Assembly (NCBI GenBank): GCA_031263195.1
Contig: JAISGD010000010.1
Span: forward strand, 32,075 to 96,074
Direction of reading: 5' to 3'
Length of the DNA: 64,000 nt
Source: Campylobacteraceae bacterium
Lineage (GTDB): Bacteria > Campylobacterota > Campylobacteria > Campylobacterales > Campylobacteraceae
Position numbers and translations under genes: made by a program. Under the pieces are notes generated by a model. That model was not told the origin of the DNA. It worked only from the letters and a program-made list of their open reading frames with translations, and made no database searches. Shown here piece after piece: positions 57,715-64,000 of the stretch. Within the stretch, counting starts at the first letter, position 1, and each line of letters starts with the position of its first letter.

Positions 57715-58539
57715 ATGAAAAAATTTATCATAGGTGCGCTAGCGCTTATTGTCGCGGCTAATATCAATGCCGCCGTTATTGCTACTGTTAATGGTCAGGA
57801 GATAACAGATGAGGATGCGAATCTTGTAATTCGTCAATTAACGGGAGGTGCTGGCGGCAGCTACGACAACCTCAATGACGAACTTAAAAAACAGATAGTC
57901 GACCAATTGGTTGAAAAGAAACTTTTGACAAGTTACGCTATCAAAAACGGCATTGAAAAAGACTCTAAATATATAAAAACGCTTTCGCAAGTAAAAAATG
58001 ATATAGCTTTGCAAGTTTGGCTAGACAAAGAGTTCGATAAATTAAAAATAACCGATGAGCAAGTCAAACAGTATTATGATGAAAATACAGACAAATTCCC
58101 ACTAAAACCGGAAGCATGGAAAGTAAGTCATATTTTAGTAAAAGATGAGGCTACGGCAAAAAAAGTTATTAAAGAACTTAACGGCGCTAAAGATTTGCCC
58201 GCTAAATTTATTGAAGCTGTGCAAAAATATTCTGAAGACAATGCTTCCAAAGCAACTAGCGGTGCTTTAGGTACAATAACAAAACAAACACCGTTTGTAA
58301 AAGAGTTTTTGGATGCAACATTTACGATGAAAAAGGGAGACTTGTCAAAAACTCCTGTAAAAACGATACATGGCTATCATATCATATATGTTACGGATAA
58401 AAGTGCGGAGAGCAAATATACATTTGAAGAAATTAAAGATGAACTTACCAATAATGTTGTAAAAAGAGCCGAGTTCCAGAAAAACCTCCAATCTCAAGTA
58501 CAAAAATTGAAAGACAAAGCTAAAATAGAGATTAAATAA
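57715..58539 (+). CDS. peb4: Periplasmic SurA-like parvulin PPIase/chaperone (PEB4-like)
   Basis: Signal peptide and a parvulin domain (VSHILV...GYHIIYV). Its position directly upstream of fba matches C. jejuni cj0596-cj0597. Confidence 0.85.
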   Translation: MKKFIIGALALIVAANINAAVIATVNGQEITDEDANLVIRQLTGGAGGSYDNLNDELKKQIVDQLVEKKLLTSYAIKNGIEKDSKYIKTLSQVKNDIALQVWLDKEFDKLKITDEQVKQYYDENTDKFPLKPEAWKVSHILVKDEATAKKVIKELNGAKDLPAKFIEAVQKYSEDNASKATSGALGTITKQTPFVKEFLDATFTMKKGDLSKTPVKTIHGYHIIYVTDKSAESKYTFEEIKDELTNNVVKRAEFQKNLQSQVQKLKDKAKIEIK

Positions 58540-58558
58540 CCTCAAAAGGGCTTTTTAG

Positions 58559-59629
58559 ATGAAAGTATTTGATATTATGGAAAGCGGTGTAATAAACAAA
58601 GATAGTGTGGGCAGACTTTTTGAGTTGGCAAAAACAGAAAAGTTTGCCATACCCGCTGTCAATGTCGTAGGTAGTGATTCCATCAATGCTGCTTTAGAGG
58701 CGGCAAAAGCTGTAAATTCACCGATAATTGTTCAATTTTCAAATGGCGGCGGCGAATTTATGGCAGGTAAGGGTTTGGACATTTCCAATACTGCCGCGCT
58801 TGGCGCGATATCCGGCGCGCAGCATATTCATCTGGTGGCTGAATCGTATGGTGTGCCGGTTATTATTCACACAGACCACGCTGCTAGAAAACTCCTTCCG
58901 TGGATTGACTCTTTGCTTGATGCCGGCGAGGAGTTTTATAAAACTCACAAAAAACCGCTTTTTAGTTCTCACATGTTAGATTTATCCGAAGAGCCTTTAG
59001 AACAAAATATAGCTACTTGCGCCAAATACTTGGAGCGAATGAGTAAAATAGGTATGACGCTTGAAATAGAGATAGGCGTAACAGGTGGCGAAGAGGATGG
59101 CGTGGACAATACAAGCATTGATAACGCGCTACTTTATACGCAGCCAAAAGACGTGGCTTACGCGTATGAAGAGTTAAAAAAGGTAAGCGATAACTTTACG
59201 ATAGCGGCGTCATTCGGTAATGTTCATGGTGTTTATAAACCCGGAAACGTCGTATTAACTCCAAAGATTTTGGGCAACTCCCAAACATATATAAGAGAAA
59301 AATTTAATCTTAACGCGCAAAAACCGGTAAATTTTGTTTTTCACGGCGGTTCGGGTTCAACTTTGACAGAAATAAGAGAAGCCATAAGTTATGGTGTTGT
59401 AAAGATGAATATAGACACCGATACGCAGTGGGCTTTTTGGGATGGCGTCAGAGAATACGTCAATAAAAATAGCGCGTATTTGCAAGGTCAGCTTGGAAAT
59501 CCCGAAGGCGAAGATAAACCGAATAAAAAATATTATGACCCCAGAAGATGGTTGAGAGAGGGTCAAAAAAGTATGGTAGAACGTTTAAAAACAGCTTTTT
59601 GCGATTTAAATTGCCTAGATAGAAACTAA
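58559..59629 (+). CDS. fba: Class II fructose-bisphosphate aldolase
   Basis: Collinear with E. coli FbaA (FAIPAVNVVGSDSINAALEAA...IVQFSNGG, HTDHA, FHGGSGS). Confidence 0.95.
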   Translation: MKVFDIMESGVINKDSVGRLFELAKTEKFAIPAVNVVGSDSINAALEAAKAVNSPIIVQFSNGGGEFMAGKGLDISNTAALGAISGAQHIHLVAESYGVPVIIHTDHAARKLLPWIDSLLDAGEEFYKTHKKPLFSSHMLDLSEEPLEQNIATCAKYLERMSKIGMTLEIEIGVTGGEEDGVDNTSIDNALLYTQPKDVAYAYEELKKVSDNFTIAASFGNVHGVYKPGNVVLTPKILGNSQTYIREKFNLNAQKPVNFVFHGGSGSTLTEIREAISYGVVKMNIDTDTQWAFWDGVREYVNKNSAYLQGQLGNPEGEDKPNKKYYDPRRWLREGQKSMVERLKTAFCDLNCLDRN

Positions 59630-59635
59630 AATACT

Positions 59636-59666
59636 CTGTCCGTGTTTAAGACACGGGCAGATTTTA
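59636..59666 (+). terminator. Rho-independent terminator of fba
   Basis: CTGTCCGTGT-ttaag-ACACGGGCAG forms a 10-bp stem including one G:U, followed by ATTTTA. It lies 7 nt after the fba stop. Confidence 0.65.
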
Positions 59667-59710
59667 AACTCCAAGACGATATAATAAGCCACTTGTACTA
59701 AAGGTTTTTG

Positions 59711-61009
59711 ATGAAGATAATATATACAAAAGATAAGAATTTCAAAGTTGAGTTTGATGCGCTTTTATCGCGCGGTGAGATAGATTTAAAAGAAGCCGGA
59801 ATAATTGTAAACAGTTTACTTAACGAGATAAAAAATGAAAAAAACAGCGCTCTTAAAAGACATATTTTAAAATTTGACAAATGGGAAGTTAAAAGCGATA
59901 ATGAGCTGGAAATTTCGCCTTCTTTGATGGAAAAAACTTATAATGAACTTGGTCGCGATTTGAAAGACGCGCTCCATAAAGCATATAATAGAATTTTCGC
60001 ATTCCACGAAAAACAACTTCCAAAATCATGGCTTACATATGAAGATAACGGAATAGTTTTAGGACAAAAGATAAGTTCAGTGGACAAAGCCGGACTTTAT
60101 ATTCCAGGAGGTAAAGCCGCGTATCCAAGTTCGCTTTTGATGAACGCTATTCCTGCTATTGTCGCCGGCGTAAAAGAGATAGTTGTTTGCACGCCCGCGC
60201 CGAACAACGAATTAAATTCGCTTCTTTTAGCCGCTATGCATCTTTGCAATATCAAAAAAGCTTTCAAAGTCGGAGGCGCTAGCGCGATAGGAGCTATGGC
60301 TTACGGTACAGAAAGTATACCGAAGGTTGATGTGATAACGGGTCCTGGAAATATATTTGTAGCGACTGCTAAAAAGATGGTTTTTGGGGATGTAAATATA
60401 GATATGATAGCAGGTCCCAGCGAAATAGGCATATTAGCGGATAAAAGTGCGAATGCGAAATATTTGGCTATAGATTTGTTGTCTCAAGCCGAGCACGATG
60501 AGATGGCAAGTTCCATTTTGATAACAACGGATGAGGAGATCGCAAAAGATACGTTAAAAGAGCTTGAAGCTTACTTACCAAAACTTTCGCGCCAAAAAAT
60601 CGCAACTGTTTCAGCGCAAACAAGAGGCGCTATAATTGTTGCCGAAGATTTGGATGAAGCGGTCTTTTTGATGAACAAAATAGCGCCTGAACATTTGGAA
60701 GTCGTAACCGAAAATCCGTTTGATTTATTGCCAAAAATTAAGCATGCAGGTGCTATTTTTATGGGTTCTTTTACGCCTGAACCGATAGGCGATTATATAG
60801 CGGGACCAAACCATACGCTTCCGACAGGCGGAACAGCAAGATTTTTTTCACCTTTAAACGTTGAGCATTTTATGAAAAAGTCGTCAATTATCAGTATGAG
60901 CAAAGATGGAATGAAGGCGATAGGCGAAAGTTGCGCGAATATCGCAAACGCAGAAGGGTTAAGCGCACACGAAGAGTCCATAAGGATTAGACTTAAAGAT
61001 TTGAAATAG
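59711..61009 (+). CDS. hisD: Histidinol dehydrogenase
   Basis: GGKAAYPSSLLM, QAEHDE and PEHLE motifs. ATG at 59711; the track begins one TTG codon earlier. Confidence 0.95.
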   Translation: MKIIYTKDKNFKVEFDALLSRGEIDLKEAGIIVNSLLNEIKNEKNSALKRHILKFDKWEVKSDNELEISPSLMEKTYNELGRDLKDALHKAYNRIFAFHEKQLPKSWLTYEDNGIVLGQKISSVDKAGLYIPGGKAAYPSSLLMNAIPAIVAGVKEIVVCTPAPNNELNSLLLAAMHLCNIKKAFKVGGASAIGAMAYGTESIPKVDVITGPGNIFVATAKKMVFGDVNIDMIAGPSEIGILADKSANAKYLAIDLLSQAEHDEMASSILITTDEEIAKDTLKELEAYLPKLSRQKIATVSAQTRGAIIVAEDLDEAVFLMNKIAPEHLEVVTENPFDLLPKIKHAGAIFMGSFTPEPIGDYIAGPNHTLPTGGTARFFSPLNVEHFMKKSSIISMSKDGMKAIGESCANIANAEGLSAHEESIRIRLKDLK

Positions 61010-61016
61010 GAAAAAT

Positions 61017-61682
61017 ATGCGCAAAAACAGAGCACAAGGCGAAACGGGAAACTGGAGCGGTTTTAGCAAAGAAGAAGAGTTGTTTAACAGCTTAACTCAC
61101 ATAGTGGGCTTTCTATTCTCCGTAGCGGCACTTGTCGTTTTGGTGGTTTTGGCGTCTTTGGAGGGGAATGTCTGGAAAATAGTAAGTTTTAGCATTTACG
61201 GCTCAACGCTTATTATTTTATATGGCATCTCGACTCTATACCACAGCATAAAAGGCAGAAGTAAAAAAATCTTTCAAAAATTAGACCATATAAGCATATA
61301 TTTGCTGATAGCAGGCTCTTACACGCCTTTTACGCTTGTTAGTATGCGAGGCGGCTGGGGCTGGAGTATATTTGGCGTTATATGGGGACTGGCTATTTTT
61401 GGCATTGTTCAAGAATTTTTTGTAAAATCCCAAAAGCGCATTTTATCTTTAGTGATATATATTGTTATGGGTTGGCTGATTTTGATAGCCGTAGTTCCGC
61501 TCGTGAAAAGCTTGCCTGTAGGCGGACTTGTTTGGCTTGTTGTGGGTGGACTTTTTTATACGGGCGGAGTGTATTTTTTTATAAATGACGAGAGAATACG
61601 ACATTTTCACGGCATATGGCATATATTTGTTATGGCAGGATCCATAAGTCACTTTTTTACGATGGCGTTTTATGTACTGTGA
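61017..61682 (+). CDS. Hemolysin III / PAQR family channel protein
   Basis: 7 TM helices, with DHISIYLLIAGSYTPF and a terminal HxxxH-like HGIWHIFV. Confidence 0.9.
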   Translation: MRKNRAQGETGNWSGFSKEEELFNSLTHIVGFLFSVAALVVLVVLASLEGNVWKIVSFSIYGSTLIILYGISTLYHSIKGRSKKIFQKLDHISIYLLIAGSYTPFTLVSMRGGWGWSIFGVIWGLAIFGIVQEFFVKSQKRILSLVIYIVMGWLILIAVVPLVKSLPVGGLVWLVVGGLFYTGGVYFFINDERIRHFHGIWHIFVMAGSISHFFTMAFYVL

Positions 61683-61983
61683 TAGAGAAGCATATACGTT
61701 TGTTGGACTGCTTCGCCGCTAACACTTTTAGCAGTGATAAAGAAAAATATCATTGTAAAGAATATATTTCCGACTTACTATTAAGTATCATCTTACATTG
61801 TAAAAAGATTTTTAGTTTAAATATTGCACTATCATCTATTGCAGCAAAGAATTATGAGGTATTTCATTTTTGAAATAGTTTGCAATTTTAACAAGCGACT
61901 TTAAAATAACAGCTCAACTATATTTTAACTCTTTATTGGTACAATTTGGGATTTATAAAATACAAAATAGAGATTTGACACGA

Positions 61984-63390
61984 ATGGTACATATTGACAA
62001 AGTCTATATAAACGGCGAATTTGTAAAACCTCACGGCATAAAAACTTTGACACTCATAAATCCAAATACTTTAGATGCTATAGGCGAAGTTACCCTGTGT
62101 GACAAAAAAGATGCCGCTTACGCCATAAAGTGTGCAAAAGAAGCTTTCAAAACTTTTTCAAAAACTTCCATACAAGAGCGCGGTGAGATTCTGCAAAGAC
62201 TCTATAATGCTATGAGTAAAAGAGAGGATGAATTGAATGCAGCCGCTTTGATGGAATACGGCTCACCTATAAGCGCTACAAAAGGCAGGACTCGTTTTGC
62301 TAAAAACTCATTTTTAATAGCGCGTGAACAAATGAATAGATTTGAATTTAAACGCATTCTGGAAGACAACTCAAAAATTTTGAAAGTTCCTTTAGGTGTT
62401 GTAGCAGCCATCGCTCCTTGGAATGCAAATTATACGCATATATGTCAAAAACTCGCTCCCGCTATTGCAGCAGGTTGTACGGTCGTATTTAAGCCGAGCG
62501 AATACAGCGCAATAGAGACACAAATCCTTTGCGAATGTTTTGATGATGCGCGTCTCCCCAAAGGGGTTATCAATATCGTTAATGGTATTGGCGAAGAGGT
62601 TGGAAGCTATATCGTAAAACATAAAGATATCGCACTTATAAATTTTACAGGCTCAACAAAAGTCGGCAGACAAATAAGCAAAAATGCCGCCAAAATGATA
62701 AAGAGAACTATCTTAGAGCTTGGCGGAAAATCGTCGAATATTATACTGGACGATGCCGATTTGACGACTGCCATACCAAACGCCCTAAAAATTGCTTTTA
62801 GCAACAGCGGTCAGGCATGTCATGCCGGAAGCAGATTATATGTACCCGAGAACAAATTTGGATTAATATGTGAAATGCTGATCAAGACCATCAAAGAGAT
62901 AAAAATAGGTGATATTCACGATGAAAAGTGCTATATTGGGCCGCTCATAAACCAAACGCAATTTGATAGAGTGCAGTCATATATCGCTTCCGGTATAAAA
63001 GATGGGGCAAAAGTTCTTGCAGGCGGACTTGGTAAATTGGATGGTTTGAAGGGATACTATGCCAAACCGACGATTTTTACAAATGTGAAAGCAGATATGA
63101 AAATAGCGCGCGAAGAGATATTTGGTCCGGTGCTTTGCGTATTTACATATAAAAGCGAACAAGAAGCTATAAAAATGGCTAATGATACTATTTACGGGCT
63201 TGCTGGATATGTAAGCGGAATGGATTTGGAACATGCAAGAAGAGTTGCGGAGCAGATTTTCGCGGGTTGGGTTTATATCAATAAAGGTGTATATGAAGGT
63301 AAAGGCGTTATACCTCACATAGGCGCTAAGCAGTCCGGCATAGGTACAAACGGCATTGATGATTATTTGCAATTCAGATTTATATCTTAA
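61984..63390 (+). CDS. NAD(P)-dependent aldehyde dehydrogenase
   Basis: ELGGKSSNII (catalytic Glu) and FSNSGQACHAGSRL (catalytic Cys). Preferred start is MVHIDKVYINGEFV at 61984; the track starts at TTG 61936. Confidence 0.9.
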   Translation: MVHIDKVYINGEFVKPHGIKTLTLINPNTLDAIGEVTLCDKKDAAYAIKCAKEAFKTFSKTSIQERGEILQRLYNAMSKREDELNAAALMEYGSPISATKGRTRFAKNSFLIAREQMNRFEFKRILEDNSKILKVPLGVVAAIAPWNANYTHICQKLAPAIAAGCTVVFKPSEYSAIETQILCECFDDARLPKGVINIVNGIGEEVGSYIVKHKDIALINFTGSTKVGRQISKNAAKMIKRTILELGGKSSNIILDDADLTTAIPNALKIAFSNSGQACHAGSRLYVPENKFGLICEMLIKTIKEIKIGDIHDEKCYIGPLINQTQFDRVQSYIASGIKDGAKVLAGGLGKLDGLKGYYAKPTIFTNVKADMKIAREEIFGPVLCVFTYKSEQEAIKMANDTIYGLAGYVSGMDLEHARRVAEQIFAGWVYINKGVYEGKGVIPHIGAKQSGIGTNGIDDYLQFRFIS

Positions 63391-63403
63391 TTAAGGGGTT
63401 TTG

Positions 63404-64000
63404 ATGGCAGATAAAGTCTACGTTATAGACACAAATATTATTTTACAAAATATACAGCATGTTAAAAATCTTTGCGAAGAAGGTAAAAATACCGTTGTAA
63501 TTCCCGAAACCGTTCTCATTGAACTCGAAGAAAAAAAGAAGCAAACCGGCGAACTTGGATTTCAAGCACGTGAATTTGCGAGATTTTTGGCCGAATCAAA
63601 AGTCAAAGAAGTTGATATATCTGGCAATTATAGAGTCGTAAAATTATATAATGAAAATTACAATATTCACTTGATGAGTAAAACAGAATATGATTCCGAT
63701 ATAGAAGCGCGTCATATAGCTGAAAGTAATGATAAGCGCATTATCGAGATAGCCGATGCCGCGCGAAACTACTATAAAGGGCAGAAAGTTATCTTTGTTT
63801 CTTTGGATATATACGCAAGAATGTTTGGGCTTTTTAAAAATCTCAAAATAGAATCCTTGCGTGAAGATCGCTCCGAAGTGCCGCGTGCGCAATTTTTAAA
63901 GAGTATAGAGTTGGACTCTTCATTTTTTAACACTCTTGAAAATACAAATATTAAAAAAATAGACCCTAATTATAAAATAGAAAACTTTTGTTATGAGTTC
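63404..64000 (+). CDS. PIN-domain/PhoH-like ATPase (YlaK-type), partial at the right edge
   Basis: My own translation from ATG 63404 gives MADKVYVIDTNIILQNIQHV...VVIPETVLIELEEKK...DKRIIEIADAA, a PIN-like N-domain. The frame is open to the window end, 199 codons. Confidence 0.75.
   Translation, partial: MADKVYVIDTNIILQNIQHVKNLCEEGKNTVVIPETVLIELEEKKKQTGELGFQAREFARFLAESKVKEVDISGNYRVVKLYNENYNIHLMSKTEYDSDIEARHIAESNDKRIIEIADAARNYYKGQKVIFVSLDIYARMFGLFKNLKIESLREDRSEVPRAQFLKSIELDSSFFNTLENTNIKKIDPNYKIENFCYEF

Noticed and set aside
61616-61873. 85-aa + strand ORF spanning the hlyIII stop and the downstream spacer.
   Set aside because: It starts inside hlyIII in another frame, has no Shine-Dalgarno, and has an odd composition. 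It is most likely non-coding spacer.
1-64000. I scanned spacers for rRNA, tRNA, tmRNA, RNase P, SRP RNA, riboswitches (for example TPP upstream of the thiE-like gene) and CRISPR arrays.
   Set aside because: I could recognise nothing by eye. The thiE-like gene has no leader. Absence is not proven without tRNAscan or Infernal.

Overview
The window looks like a low-GC chromosomal segment from a Campylobacter-like member of the Campylobacterota. This rests on gene content and synteny only (peb4-fba, glmU-coaBC-uppS-truA, and the eight-gene Ftr1/P19 iron-uptake cluster); GC content was judged by eye, not computed. Most of the window is densely packed housekeeping genes: glmU, coaBC, uppS, truA, gatB, gpsA, atpB, radA, ftsY, rny, hemH, lpxK, nth, fba and hisD. 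I found no rRNA, tRNA, CRISPR array, transposase or integrase.

Accessory or unusual content:
1. Two paralogous autotransporter genes of about 1,100 aa. One carries an in-frame G8 tract.
2. An Lsa-like ABC-F ribosomal-protection gene, flanked by decayed non-coding DNA.
3. An iorAB-paaK-ACT aromatic 2-oxoacid module.
4. A roughly 3.5 kb AT-rich islet (38.45-41.97 kb). It holds an 873-aa PrrC/RloC-like AAA_13 ATPase next to a frameshifted, truncated DNA methyltransferase remnant.
5. A 1.4 kb gene-less decayed region (50.15-51.54 kb).
6. A 165-bp inverted copy of an internal fragment of the cvfB-like gene.

The most unexplained signal is an over-represented palindrome, TACATGTA, often extended to TTACATGTAA and up to 14 bp. 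By hand count it occurs 25 times between 1.4 and 37.1 kb, in genes and in spacers, and not once in the remaining 27 kb. The switch falls at the defence islet. All motif counts were made by eye and need a scripted recount.
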